This document shows positions 1-11,315 of a stretch of DNA of 64,000 nt, piece after piece. The DNA lies in NCBI GenBank assembly GCA_043821645.1, contig JBDRCO010000087.1:160001-224000 (forward strand). The letters run 5' to 3'. The notes beneath the pieces are model-generated. The model did not search any database, was not told the DNA's origin, and was given only the letters and a program-made list of their open reading frames with translations. This DNA is from Pseudomonadota bacterium (lineage in GTDB: Bacteria > Myxococcota > JACRCW01 > JAFGSX01). The first letter of the stretch is position 1, and each line of letters starts with the position of its first letter. The translations under genes were made by a program, and so were the position numbers.

Positions 1-75
1 GTGGACAGGCCCCCCCTTCCATCCACACCCTGGATTCCTCCCCTCATCTCGCACTATTGTCGTCGGAGCGGATGG

Positions 76-435
76 TCAGCGAAGGCCACGCACCTTGTCC
101 GTCAGAGTGGTCTGTCCGTCGACGGTGAGGTAGGGACGGAGCCGGTCCAGGGTCTTGCGGCCAATGCCCCGCACACTCAGGAGCTGTTCCTTGCGCGTGA
201 AGGGGGCGCGTTCCCGCTTCGCGATGATGGCCCGGGCCTTGGACTCCCCTATCCCGGGTAGCAGCATCAGTTGCTCCACCGTCGCTGTGTTGAGGTTGAC
301 CACTCCAGGCCCCCGCGGGGATTTGCTGGCCTCGACCAGTACCACCTGCGGTGGTGCGACCTCGCTGGCCCCGCCCGGCGACGCCGCCAGCAGCAGGCAA
401 AGGAGCAGCAGTCCGTGTAAATGTTCTCGCTGCAT
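76..435 (-). CDS. comEA: ComEA family helix-hairpin-helix DNA-binding protein
   Basis: Signal-like N-terminus then VNLNTATVEQLMLLPGIGESKARAII...LLSVRGIG (HhH); GGAGGT RBS upstream of ATG 435. Confidence 0.85.
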   Translation of the reverse strand: MQREHLHGLLLLCLLLAASPGGASEVAPPQVVLVEASKSPRGPGVVNLNTATVEQLMLLPGIGESKARAIIAKRERAPFTRKEQLLSVRGIGRKTLDRLRPYLTVDGQTTLTDKVRGLR

Positions 436-452
436 GATGGCACCTCCCGTCG

Positions 453-686
453 TCACGAGGCCTTGCGTTCGTCGCGCTCGCTGTACTCGCGGATGTGTAG
501 CCGGCCGTTGACCGGCAAGGCATCGAGCAGCACGGTGAGGGACTCGTCGCGATTGACGAAGGCAGCGCCGACTTGACGCCAGAAGCTTTTGCCCTCGCCG
601 GTCTCGATGATGGTGTAGACCACCTTGCGCTGCTTGTTGCCGTTGCCGTTACCGTTGCTGGTCGGGGTCCCATTCTGACTTGCCAT
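453..686 (-). CDS. small conserved hypothetical protein (77 aa)
   Basis: Protein-like composition, motif KSFWRQVGAAFVNRDESLTVLLDALPVNGRLHIRE; AGAGAGGT RBS. Confidence 0.75.
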   Translation of the reverse strand: MASQNGTPTSNGNGNGNKQRKVVYTIIETGEGKSFWRQVGAAFVNRDESLTVLLDALPVNGRLHIREYSERDERKAS

Positions 687-930
687 GACACACCTCTCTT
701 GTGACGGCGCCCCATCCTGGGTGCGCCGGGGTTAACGGTCTCGTCGCTGCTCTTGTGCGGAACTAGTTCAGGACCCGTGCCAGGCCGCAGGAGTCGCGAG
801 AATCCTGGTGGAATTCGTATCAAGCGGTGCGCCGAACCGAGGCCGCTGTCGCAGATCGCATCGCGGTGATGCAGACTGCAGCGCAGGGCACAGGGCGGGC
901 GTGGACAGGTTCAAAGATCCGAGGTGGTGC

Positions 931-2124
931 TCAGGCTGGCGCGGCGAGGAGCCAGGCTGCGCGCAGGTGGTGGAGCACGCCTCCTGGTTCGGTCCACGGG
1001 TGGTCCGCGCCCTGGTCACCGGGGCCCACCACGAGCACCGGCCGGGCGCAGCGCTGGCCTGCCTGCACGGCGGCCCGCTCGATGAAGTCGGGAGCCAGAC
1101 CCCGGGCATTGGCGCAGGCCAGCAGCACGCCATGCGCGGCCAGCAGCGGCAGGCACGCCTCCAGCAGGACCGGCAGATCGCGTTCCACGCGAAAGACCTG
1201 GCGGCCGCTCGCGAAGGCAGGCGGGTCGACGATGATCAGATCGTAGTGCTCGTGGCGGCGCAGCGCGCGAGCCACCCAGTCGCGCGCATCCTCGGCGAGA
1301 AAGCGGTGCCGGCGCGGGTCCTGCCCGTTGAGGACGAGGTTCTCGGCAGCCCAGCGCAGGCAGGCCTGGCTGAGATCGACGTGGTCGATGCGTGCGCAGC
1401 CACCCAGGGCCGCCGCGACGGTGAAGCCGCCGGCATGGGCGAACAGGTTGAGGACGCGCCGCCCCCGGGCCAGCTCGCGGACTCGACGCCGCTGCGCGCG
1501 CTGGTCCGCGAACAGCCCGGTGCCAAGCTGGGTGTCGTCGAGCCGTACCCGGAAGCGCATGCCTTCCTCGAGCACGATGACGTCGTGGCGAGGCGGGCCA
1601 AACCAGCGATCGAGGTCGCCGGCCCGTCCGCCGTGGCGCACCCGCTCGACCACCCGCACCGAGGGGCGCTGCCGCTGCACGGCCTGGCCCAGGGCCTCGG
1701 CATGACGGCGGTAGGCCGCGCCGTAGGTCTGCACCAGGGCGGTGTCACCGTACACGTCGACGGTCACACCCGGCAGGCCATCGGCGGCGTCGTGCACGGC
1801 GCGATACACGGTGGTATCGGGCGGCACCAGGGCGCGCCGGCGTTCAAAGGCACACTCGACCCGGGTCGCGAGAAGTTCCGGCAGGGCTCGGAGCTCGCCC
1901 ACCCCCAGATCCCAGGCCACGAGGTCCGCATCTCCCTCGACGAGGAGGAGGTGTGGCTGGTCGTCGACGGGAAAAGCGATCAGGTCGCCGGTGTGTGCAG
2001 ATCTCGGCAGGACGAGCGGGCCCAGGCGTCCCTCGCCGCGGGCGGCGGGCCGTGGCGGGCGCTGACGGGGTCCGGGGGTGCGCACGGGAGGAAGGGGCGT
2101 CGCAGGCGATCTGCGAGAGGTCAA
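931..2124 (-). CDS. class I SAM-dependent rRNA methyltransferase (RlmI/RlmK-like)
   Basis: TGLFADQR, VLNLFAHAGGF, HVDLS, IIVDPPAF motifs. Confidence 0.85.
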   Translation of the reverse strand: MTSRRSPATPLPPVRTPGPRQRPPRPAARGEGRLGPLVLPRSAHTGDLIAFPVDDQPHLLLVEGDADLVAWDLGVGELRALPELLATRVECAFERRRALVPPDTTVYRAVHDAADGLPGVTVDVYGDTALVQTYGAAYRRHAEALGQAVQRQRPSVRVVERVRHGGRAGDLDRWFGPPRHDVIVLEEGMRFRVRLDDTQLGTGLFADQRAQRRRVRELARGRRVLNLFAHAGGFTVAAALGGCARIDHVDLSQACLRWAAENLVLNGQDPRRHRFLAEDARDWVARALRRHEHYDLIIVDPPAFASGRQVFRVERDLPVLLEACLPLLAAHGVLLACANARGLAPDFIERAAVQAGQRCARPVLVVGPGDQGADHPWTEPGGVLHHLRAAWLLAAPA

Positions 2125-2693
2125 TGCGGCGCTCCTGTCCGACGCTGGGAGCGGACCCGCGACAGCAACAGCTCGAGCATGGCGACGGGATCCTCGGGCA
2201 GGCTGCCACGCCAGTCGACCACGGCGCTCAGGGCGTGCTGTGCGGCACTGGCCGCGGTCGCGACCACGTCGTCGAGGACCAGGTCCACCGGGGCGTCCGC
2301 CAGGGCGTCCCCGGGGAGCGAGGCCTCGAGCTCCTCGAGTCTCTCACGGGCCAGGGCGTTGGCAGGATCGGCAGCCGTGATCTGACGATAGATCTCCGCG
2401 GCGCCGACGAGGTCACCCGAGTTGGCCAGGACCTCGGCCCGGGCCTCGTTGGAGGGAGGCTCGAGCACCGGGCTCCGCGCCACCACTCGCAGGCTGTCCT
2501 CGTCGGGACCCTGCTCCTCGACCAGGACACGAATGCGCGCCAGCCGCGAGGAGGCCAGGGCGCTCTCGGTGGGGTCCAGCCCGGGAAGCCGGGACAGCGA
2601 GAGATAAACGACCAGGGCCTCGTCGTGACGGCCGGAGCGCGCGAGTTGATCGCCCTCGATCAGGGTCCGCGCGAAATCGAGCGTGATGTTCAT
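2121..2693 (-). CDS. TPR-like helical hypothetical protein
   Basis: Helical repeat-like segments (GDLVGAAEIYRQITAADPAN); stop overlaps next start; start chosen at MNITLD. Confidence 0.55.
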   Translation of the reverse strand: MNITLDFARTLIEGDQLARSGRHDEALVVYLSLSRLPGLDPTESALASSRLARIRVLVEEQGPDEDSLRVVARSPVLEPPSNEARAEVLANSGDLVGAAEIYRQITAADPANALARERLEELEASLPGDALADAPVDLVLDDVVATAASAAQHALSAVVDWRGSLPEDPVAMLELLLSRVRSQRRTGAPH

Positions 2694-2802
2694 GCTGGCC
2701 TCTTCTTCTGGGGACGGTTGGCCCGTCCCCTCGTCGGCGGGAGTGAATCCCACCGACTTCACCCCTGGCAGCACCTCGAGCTGTCGAAGGGCCGACAGTT
2801 CT

Positions 2803-3081
2803 TCAATAGAAGAATCTGGCCTTGTGGGTCAGCCGGGCTACGCCCTTGTCGTCGAGCTTGTAGACCATCACGGTCTGGCTGTCGCCGTGGTCCTTGATCG
2901 ACACCACCGTGTCCGGCGGCAGCGCCGCGACGCTGGCGGGCGGTGCCGGGGTCATCGGCGACGAGGTGGTGACACTGACCGCGGGTGCTGCTGGAACCTG
3001 GGCGTGTGCCAGGGTCCCTGCCGTAGCCAGGGCACCCAGGAGCACACCGGTCAGCACACCAAGCAGGGTCGAACGGGTCAT
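2803..3081 (-). CDS. small secreted hypothetical protein
   Basis: Signal peptide ending AHA-Q; ATGA overlap with jag stop. Confidence 0.65.
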   Translation of the reverse strand: MTRSTLLGVLTGVLLGALATAGTLAHAQVPAAPAVSVTTSSPMTPAPPASVAALPPDTVVSIKDHGDSQTVMVYKLDDKGVARLTHKARFFY

Positions 3082-4079
3082 GATGGCTCCTGGGTGTCCG
3101 GCGCCACGGGTGCCACGGGCTCCACCGGCGCGGCCTCGGGCAGCTTGGCACGCGGGACGACGAGCAACTTGCGCGCGCCACCCTCGCCCTCGCTCATGGT
3201 GACCACATCGGGATGGGTCTCCAGCGTGACGTGCACGATGCGGCGGGCGTCGGATTTCATGGGGGCCAGCGACAGCACCCGGTTGGCCTTCACGGCATGG
3301 TCGGCAAGCTTGAGGGCCATGCTGCGCAGGGCTTCTTCTTCGGGGCCAGCCAGGGTCGCGCTGCGGGGGCCACCGGCGGAGCTGCCGACGCCTGCAGCAT
3401 GCTGCACGTGCACGACCAGGCGGATGCGGTCATCGGGAAAGCGATTGACGACCTTGTTGGTCAGGAAGTTCAGAGCTGACAGGGCCGCCGAGTTCCGGGT
3501 GAACAGGGGCGCGTCCGACCCTTGCTCGCTCACCAGCACGACCACCTTGGGCTGGCCGCTCTCCTCGACCAGCTCGGCCTGGATGGTGGCCTCGCGCTGG
3601 CAGAGCTTCACGATCGCACGGCACACGTCCTCGGCACTGGCCCGCTTGACCTCGGGATCGCTCTTGAGGACGTAGTTGGTGCTGGGACCGTCGTCGTCAT
3701 CGTCGCGGCTGCGTGCGGGACGTGGCGCGCGCTCGGCGCCCGGCGCTTCGCTGCGGCCCTCAACCCGGCCGTCGCCCCGGCCGTCGCCCCGCCGCCGTCG
3801 CCGCCGTCGCCGCTTGCCCCCTGCCGGACCCTGGCCCTGGCTCGGACCCTGGCTCTGGCTCTGGCTCGGGCCTGGACGGCCACCGCCGCGGTGCTGCCGG
3901 TTGCCGATGTCATCGTCGATGTGCGGGCCCTCGTCCGTGGGGCGGCGCCGGTTGCCAATGTCATCAGCCAGGGCGTTCTCGTCGGCCTGCCTGACGCGGT
4001 TGCCGATGTTGTCGTCGGGTTCATCGTCGTGCGGGGGGCGCCGGGGTGACCCGTCATCGATGTTCTGGGCGTCGCTCAT
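3078..4079 (-). CDS. jag: Jag/KhpB-like RNA-binding protein (KH-like + R3H)
   Basis: C-terminal R3H-like PMKSDARRIVHVTLE...SEGEG; downstream of yidC as is typical. Confidence 0.8.
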   Translation of the reverse strand: MSDAQNIDDGSPRRPPHDDEPDDNIGNRVRQADENALADDIGNRRRPTDEGPHIDDDIGNRQHRGGGRPGPSQSQSQGPSQGQGPAGGKRRRRRRRRGDGRGDGRVEGRSEAPGAERAPRPARSRDDDDDGPSTNYVLKSDPEVKRASAEDVCRAIVKLCQREATIQAELVEESGQPKVVVLVSEQGSDAPLFTRNSAALSALNFLTNKVVNRFPDDRIRLVVHVQHAAGVGSSAGGPRSATLAGPEEEALRSMALKLADHAVKANRVLSLAPMKSDARRIVHVTLETHPDVVTMSEGEGGARKLLVVPRAKLPEAAPVEPVAPVAPDTQEPS

Positions 4080-4313
4080 GACTTGATGGCTCCTCGTCGG
4101 TCAGGTGTGCCCGGGGCCGGACCTCGACCGCTTGCGCGGGTCCACAATAGGTCCCCTCCCGGGATGGCGCTGGCGCGTCCAGGGTGCGATCGACGGCTGT
4201 TCCAGCAACCGGTGACGCGCTCGCTTGTCAGGCAGACCCGGCACCTGAAGCGCCGGACACCCGGTGGCTACGCCAATCCTGGTCTGATCTTTACTAGGGC
4301 CGTGGGCTCGGGG

Positions 4314-6029
4314 TCAACTCGCGCGCGCGGCAGGGGTGGCTGCGGGGCTCTTGGTTCCGAACTTGCGGCGGATGTAGGCCTGCTGGATGACCGTCAGCAC
4401 GCTGTTGATCAGGATGTAGATGCCAAGTCCCGCGGGGAGCTGCAGCATGATGAAGCCGAAGAAGATCGGCATGCCCCACATCATGTACTTCATGGACGGA
4501 TTGTCCTGGGGCAGGGGAGTGAAGAACTGCTGCACCAGCATGAACGCGGTCACGAGGATGGGCAGCACGTAGGTGGGGTCCTTGAACGCCAGGTTGTCGA
4601 TCCAGCCCTCGATGAAGGGTTGCTGGTACAGCTCCACCGAGGTGTAGAGCGTGCGGTACAGGGCGATCCAGATGGGCATCTGCAGCGCCATGGGTAGACA
4701 GCCGCCCAGGGGGCTGACCTTGTGCTCCTTGAACAGCTCCATCTGCTTCTGGCCCAGCATCATGCGATCGGACTTGTACTTGGCCTGCAGCTCCTTGATC
4801 AGGGGCTGCACCTTCTTCATGCGCTCCGCGCTCTCGAAGGCCTTCTGGGTCACCGGCAACAGCACCAGCTTGACCGAGAAGGTGAGCAGGATGATGGCGA
4901 GCCCGTAGTTATGCACCCAGCCGTAGAACATCACCAGCAGCCACAGCATGGGGCGGGCGATCACGCCGAACCAGCCGAAGTCGATGGCCTCGACCACGTT
5001 CGACTGCAGCTTCTCCAGCCGATCGACCTGCTTGGGGCCGAAGTAGCCGGTGCTGACCAGGCGCAGGCTCTGGCCCGGAGAGATGGTGACCGGCAGGTAG
5101 CTCACCACGACCTGCAAGCCATGCTCGCCCAGGCGGCGGGCGCTGCACGACGCGGTCTGCCCCTCACGCGGCACCATGGCTGCCAGGAAAAACTGCCGAT
5201 CGATACCGGCCCAGGACACGGTCCCGCTCCGGGTTTCGTCCTTTTCATGCTTGGCACTGAGGGTGCGGTGCGTCACGTCGGTGCGGCAGGCCCAGCTCAT
5301 CTGGTCGACCGCCGGCGTGAACATGCTGCCGCCCTCGCGCTCGCCGCTGCGCTCCTGTCCGGTCACCGAGAGCTCGAGCTGCGCCGAGTGCGCGGTCGAA
5401 CCCCGATTCTCGAAGCTGTCCTCGACCTCGAAGGAGTAGCGGCTGTCGTCGAAGCGGAAGCTGCGCGTGACCACCACCCCGGTGCCCGTATCGTGCCGCA
5501 GGATGACCTTCTCTGGAGCCTGCTCGACGACCTCGTAGGCGGCATCGGCCGGCAGGGCGAAGGTGCCAGCGGTCGATCGCAGGGCGAAGGATCTGTCTCC
5601 GGCTCCCTTGCCAGGCACCAGATCCACCGGGGGCGGTGTCTTGCCCTTCTCGCGCTTGACCTCGTCCTCGAATTCCACGAGCTGGAAGTCGACAAAGGCG
5701 GCACCCCAGGTCGACAGGCGTGCGTGCACCACGTCGCTGCGCACCTCGACGAAGGCCTCGTCCGGGCGGACCGGAGCAGAGGAGGGCGCATGCATGGCTG
5801 ACCCGCTGATCGGGGCGCCGGCCGCGGAAAGCGGCGTCGCCTGGGCGAGGATACCGCCGTCCTCGCTTGTGGGCTGCGAGGCGGCGACGGGCGGCGTGTC
5901 AGGAGGCGGCGGGGACGGGAATAGCAGCGGCCACAGCATCCACAGCCCGGCGATGAGAGCCACCGCGAGCATCAGACGCCAGGTATCGCTGCCCCGCTCC
6001 TCCCCCGGGTAGCCTGGAGGCATTGCCAT
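4314..6029 (-). CDS. yidC: membrane protein insertase YidC
   Basis: IDFGWFG, NYGLAIILLT, PLGGCLPMALQMPIWIALY, PAGLGIY; start at MAMPPG. Confidence 0.95.
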   Translation of the reverse strand: MAMPPGYPGEERGSDTWRLMLAVALIAGLWMLWPLLFPSPPPPDTPPVAASQPTSEDGGILAQATPLSAAGAPISGSAMHAPSSAPVRPDEAFVEVRSDVVHARLSTWGAAFVDFQLVEFEDEVKREKGKTPPPVDLVPGKGAGDRSFALRSTAGTFALPADAAYEVVEQAPEKVILRHDTGTGVVVTRSFRFDDSRYSFEVEDSFENRGSTAHSAQLELSVTGQERSGEREGGSMFTPAVDQMSWACRTDVTHRTLSAKHEKDETRSGTVSWAGIDRQFFLAAMVPREGQTASCSARRLGEHGLQVVVSYLPVTISPGQSLRLVSTGYFGPKQVDRLEKLQSNVVEAIDFGWFGVIARPMLWLLVMFYGWVHNYGLAIILLTFSVKLVLLPVTQKAFESAERMKKVQPLIKELQAKYKSDRMMLGQKQMELFKEHKVSPLGGCLPMALQMPIWIALYRTLYTSVELYQQPFIEGWIDNLAFKDPTYVLPILVTAFMLVQQFFTPLPQDNPSMKYMMWGMPIFFGFIMLQLPAGLGIYILINSVLTVIQQAYIRRKFGTKSPAATPAARAS

Positions 6030-6113
6030 GTTGATTCCATCACGAGGTCGTCGAAGGGACGCCTCGCGGTTGCATTGGCAGACCGCTCGCCGCTGGCAGG
6101 ACGAGGCGGGCGC

Positions 6114-6142
6114 ACCATAAGCACGGCCTCCGGGCCTGTCAA
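6114..6142 (-). promoter_or_regulatory. sigma70-type promoter for yidC-jag
   Basis: Minus strand TTGACA-17 nt-TATGGT. Confidence 0.65.
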
Positions 6143-6219
6143 CGTTGGCCCGGCACTGCGGCTGTGGGGGCGCTCGCGAGGCGGTTGCGCACTGGAGGCT
6201 CGCGTGAGAAGTGTCGCGC

Positions 6220-7440
6220 ATGCGCACCGCCGCCATCCTGGCCCAGGGCGAAGAGATCCTGGCCGGTACCACCCAGGACACCAACAGCAGCTGGCTGGCG
6301 CGGGAGCTGCGCGCCCGTGGTGTCGCGCCGGTGAGGCTCGCCGCCGCCGGTGACGACGCGCAGAGTCTTGCCGAGAGCCTGCGCTGGATCGCCCGCGACG
6401 TGGACCTGGTGGTGTGCAGCGGTGGTCTCGGCCCCACAGATGACGACTGCACGGCCGAGGCGGTGGCACAGGCCTTTGCCAGGCCCCTATCGCTCGATGC
6501 CACGGCGCTGGATCAGATCCAGGATCGCTTCGCGAGCTTCCATCGCCCCATGCCTCCCTCCAACCGCAAGCAGGCCCTGTTGCCGCAGGGGGCACGGCTG
6601 CTCGAGAACCTCGGCGGCACAGCCCCGGGCTTTGCCCTCGAACTCGGTTCCACCCGCCTGTTCTTCTTTCCCGGCGTCCCTCGCGAGCTGCGCGCCATGG
6701 CCCAGCAGCACCTGTTTAGCTGGCTCGAGGCCACCGGGGCCCGTCCCCTGCTGCGACACCGCATGCACGTGTGTGGCGTCGGGGAGAGCGCCCTGCAAGA
6801 CAGGCTCGCGCACCTGCGCCTGCCTCCTGGTGTGCTGTTGGGGTACCGAGCGTGGATTCCCTACAACAGCATCCTGCTCTACGCAGGGCCCGATGCTGCC
6901 GACGCCCTTGCCAGGGCGCGGTCACAGGTTCTCGAGGTGCTGGGCGAGGACTGCCTGGGAGAGGAGGAGGAGACTCTGTCCTCGGCAACCGGGGCGCGCT
7001 TGCAGGCCCGGGGCTGGCACCTGGCTGTCGCCGAGAGCTGCACGGCAGGTGGTCTGGGTGCGCTGGTGACCGAGGCGGCCGGGAGCTCGGCGTGGTTCGC
7101 GGGGGGAATCATCGCCTATGACAACAGGATCAAGCGCCAGTTGCTGCAGGTCGACGCTCGTCTTCTCGAGGTCCAGGGTGCGGTCAGCGAGGCCTGCGCT
7201 CTGGGCATGGCCGAGGGGGTGCGCACAGCCCTCGGTGTCGAGGTCGGGCTCTCCATCACCGGCGTGGCCGGGCCCGGAGGGGGCACAGCCGACAAGCCCG
7301 TGGGCACGGTCTGCCTGGGACTCACCACACCGGAGGGCCACAGCGCCCGCACGCTGCAGCTCGGTAATCGGGGGCGGGACCTGGTGCGAACCTTCAGTGC
7401 CGCCACTGCCCTGGAGTGGCTGCGCCGGCGCCTGGCCTGA
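6220..7440 (+). CDS. cinA: CinA family competence/damage-inducible protein (MoCF domain + PncC)
   Basis: GEEILAGTTQDTN, GGLGPTDDD, VAESCTAGGL, SITGVAGPGGG. Confidence 0.93.
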   Translation: MRTAAILAQGEEILAGTTQDTNSSWLARELRARGVAPVRLAAAGDDAQSLAESLRWIARDVDLVVCSGGLGPTDDDCTAEAVAQAFARPLSLDATALDQIQDRFASFHRPMPPSNRKQALLPQGARLLENLGGTAPGFALELGSTRLFFFPGVPRELRAMAQQHLFSWLEATGARPLLRHRMHVCGVGESALQDRLAHLRLPPGVLLGYRAWIPYNSILLYAGPDAADALARARSQVLEVLGEDCLGEEEETLSSATGARLQARGWHLAVAESCTAGGLGALVTEAAGSSAWFAGGIIAYDNRIKRQLLQVDARLLEVQGAVSEACALGMAEGVRTALGVEVGLSITGVAGPGGGTADKPVGTVCLGLTTPEGHSARTLQLGNRGRDLVRTFSAATALEWLRRRLA

Positions 7441-7443
7441 CGG

Positions 7444-8484
7444 TCAGTTGATGGCGCCGCCGGTCTCGCAACCGTAGACGAAGCGAAGCGCGGCAGAGCT
7501 CGAGTCCTCGAGGCGTGTGCACGTTGCAGGACACAGGCCGATGTTGCGCGGGTTGCGCGCGTTGTCAAAGTACCAGCCCTCGCCAGTGCCGCAGCTTGCG
7601 GCCGACGGCTTCGCAGCCAGCATCTTTTCTGGGGTGTTCAGATCGCTGTACATCACATTGACCAGATCGGGCTGCAGGACCTCGTCCCCGAGGTCAGGGA
7701 TCAGGAAGACGCAGCTTTCAACGCTGACCGAATCGCGGATCTCGGCCATGGCGGTGGTGAACTGCGAGACGTCACTGCTGACGTTGTAGGCCTGCCCGGT
7801 GCCGCCGGCCGCGGCGATCAGGTTGAGCTCGTACTCCGCAGAGGACGCCACCACGACCCCGTAGGTGGGGATTCCATGGGTGGAGTAGGCGTCGGCGGTC
7901 AGGGTGGCCACGACGTCGATGTCGCTGTAATCCTGGGGCTGGATCGGATCGTAATAGGTGTCGCACTCGCTTCCGGTTGGGGCGCCATCCCCGCTGATGA
8001 CCACCACCACCGTGTTCTCCGGAAAGCGCTGCTTGCGCTGGATGGCTGCCTGGTAGGTTCCGTCGAGGGCCCCGTACATCGGGGTGCCCCCTCCCACGGG
8101 TGTGTCGAGCTGGTCCTGCAGCCGCCGGATGTCGTAGGGCAACACGGCGAGGCGACTGCCGACGGCGCTCTGCGGAGGATCATACCAGTTGGGATCACAG
8201 GTATTGCCGATCGCTGCGGGCGCAGGGAAGAGGTTGAAGCCGACATTGATGCCCGCGGACTTGGAGTCGGAGAAGAAGGAGGTGAGGGCAGACTTGGTCG
8301 CAGCCCACAGGCTGCTCATGCTGCCCGAGCGATCCACCAGGAGGTAGATGTCAAAGGGCAGCACGTTGAGGATCTTGGCAGTTCTTGTGCAGTGCTGCGG
8401 TGGCAGGGGAGGTCGCTTGTCTTCGGGTTCGCACGCAGCGGATCCGAGGATCAAGGCGAGGAACACGATCGTCCTGGGCTTCAT
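7444..8484 (-). CDS. vWA domain lipoprotein
   Basis: Lipobox-like SAAC; MIDAS DRSGS, GGTP, DG; Cys-rich C-terminus. Confidence 0.8.
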   Translation of the reverse strand: MKPRTIVFLALILGSAACEPEDKRPPLPPQHCTRTAKILNVLPFDIYLLVDRSGSMSSLWAATKSALTSFFSDSKSAGINVGFNLFPAPAAIGNTCDPNWYDPPQSAVGSRLAVLPYDIRRLQDQLDTPVGGGTPMYGALDGTYQAAIQRKQRFPENTVVVVISGDGAPTGSECDTYYDPIQPQDYSDIDVVATLTADAYSTHGIPTYGVVVASSAEYELNLIAAAGGTGQAYNVSSDVSQFTTAMAEIRDSVSVESCVFLIPDLGDEVLQPDLVNVMYSDLNTPEKMLAAKPSAASCGTGEGWYFDNARNPRNIGLCPATCTRLEDSSSAALRFVYGCETGGAIN

Positions 8485-8587
8485 CGAACTCCCTCCGCCG
8501 CTCGAAGACTCATTCACACCAAGGTGCCATGACTGCGAGAGTATCGCAACGTCGGGAGGGGAGAACGAGGGACGGGCGCGTGAATGA

Positions 8588-9928
8588 TCAGGCGCGGATA
8601 TGGCCGAGGATCTCATCGCGCAGGGTTTCCAGGTGGGCCTGGCTATCGGCCTCGCAGTTGAGCCGGATCAGGGGCTCGGTGTTGGACTTGCGCACGTTGA
8701 ACCACCAGGTGTCCGCAAAGATCGAAAGGCCGTCGATCTCGATGATCTTGCCCTTGCTGCCGTACATCGTCTTGAGCTTGGTGAGCACCGCGTCCGGATC
8801 CCGGACCGTCGAGTTGACCTCGCCGGAGATGTGGTAGTTCGCAGTCTCCTTGAGCGCCTGGGCCAGGCTCATCTTCTTGTCGGTGAGGACCTGCAGGATG
8901 AGCAGCGCGGTGAGGTTGCCGGAGTCGAAGTAGGCGCCCTCGTGCTTGTAGTAATAGTGGCCAGACACCTCGCCACCAAACTCGGCGTCGTGCTCGCGCA
9001 TGTAGTTCTTGGCATACGCGTGGCCGACCTTCCACATGGCCGAGCGGCCGCCCAGCCTCTCGACGGTGTCGCGCACGTAGTTGGAGCAGCGCACGTCGTA
9101 GACGATGAGACCGCCTGGGTGTTTCTTCAGCACAGGCTGGGACAGCAGACCGACGATGAAGTCGCCCGAGCAGAACTCTCCGTTACCGTCGACGAAGAAG
9201 GCGCGATCCGTGTCGCCATCGAGGCCGATGCCGAGGTCCGCGCCGATCTCCTTCACCTTGGCGATGAGATCGCGACGGTTCTCCTCGAGCAGCGGGTTGG
9301 CCTCGTGGTTGGGAAAGCTGCCGTCGAGTTCGTAAAACAGAGGTGTCACCTGCACCGGTGAGCCTGCGAAGAGCTTGGGCAGGATCAGTCCGCCCATTCC
9401 ATTGCCGGCGTCGATCACGACCTTGAGCGGAGCCAGAGCCGAGGGATTGACGAAGGAGTGCATGAATCGGATGAAGGCATCGAGGATGTCGACCTCGGTG
9501 ACGGTGCCCGGGGCCGCGGCAAGGCCGCCCAGGTCTCCCTCGCGCACGCGGCGCTCGATCTTGTCGAGCCCGCTTTCGAGCCCCATGGGGATGGCGTGCT
9601 CGCGCACGCACTTGATGCCATTGTACTTGCCCGGGTTGTGCGAGGCCGTGACCATGAGCCCGCCCGAGGTGTGGCGGTCGAGCACGGCGAAGTACATCAT
9701 GTCGGTGCTGGAGAGCCCGATGCTGTCGACGGCGCAGCCCGCCTCGGTGAGGCCGCGGATCAGTTCCGCCGTCAGCGGCTTCGAGTGCACACGCATGTCG
9801 TGTCCCACCGCAACGCGGGTTGCGGCGGTCTCGGCCACGTAGGCGCGCCCGACCTTGTAGGCCAGGTCCTCGGTGATGTCCTCGCCGTACACGCCCCGCA
9901 CGTCATAGGCCTTGAACGGTCCAGCCAC
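8588..9928 (-). CDS. phosphomannomutase/phosphoglucomutase
   Basis: FKAYDVRG, TASHNP, DGDTDR, GEVSGH, RKSNTEP. Confidence 0.95.
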   Translation of the reverse strand: MAGPFKAYDVRGVYGEDITEDLAYKVGRAYVAETAATRVAVGHDMRVHSKPLTAELIRGLTEAGCAVDSIGLSSTDMMYFAVLDRHTSGGLMVTASHNPGKYNGIKCVREHAIPMGLESGLDKIERRVREGDLGGLAAAPGTVTEVDILDAFIRFMHSFVNPSALAPLKVVIDAGNGMGGLILPKLFAGSPVQVTPLFYELDGSFPNHEANPLLEENRRDLIAKVKEIGADLGIGLDGDTDRAFFVDGNGEFCSGDFIVGLLSQPVLKKHPGGLIVYDVRCSNYVRDTVERLGGRSAMWKVGHAYAKNYMREHDAEFGGEVSGHYYYKHEGAYFDSGNLTALLILQVLTDKKMSLAQALKETANYHISGEVNSTVRDPDAVLTKLKTMYGSKGKIIEIDGLSIFADTWWFNVRKSNTEPLIRLNCEADSQAHLETLRDEILGHIRA

Positions 9929-10107
9929 GTTGTCCTCCTGCGCTACTGTCGTCGGGAAAAGCGACCCATTACCTTGTCGCCAGGACGGCTCCTTGGCAAG
10001 GCCAGAGTGCAGGTCGATAGCACTTTGCAGTCGTGCGCGTCGTCGCCATACTCCGCTACAGTCACGTCGCTGTGTGCCGTCCCGGGGGCACGCTACAGGA
10101 GCCGACG

Positions 10108-11292
<1,185 letters not shown>

Positions 11293-11315
11293 CCGTCACC
11301 CCAGGGGGGTGCTTG

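Noticed and set aside
808-2385. Long antisense ORFs (also 11040-13379, 24348-26366, 36926-38563, 42007-43692, 61725-63704)
   Set aside because: Shadow frames opposite recognisable genes, expected in high-GC DNA with few stop codons.
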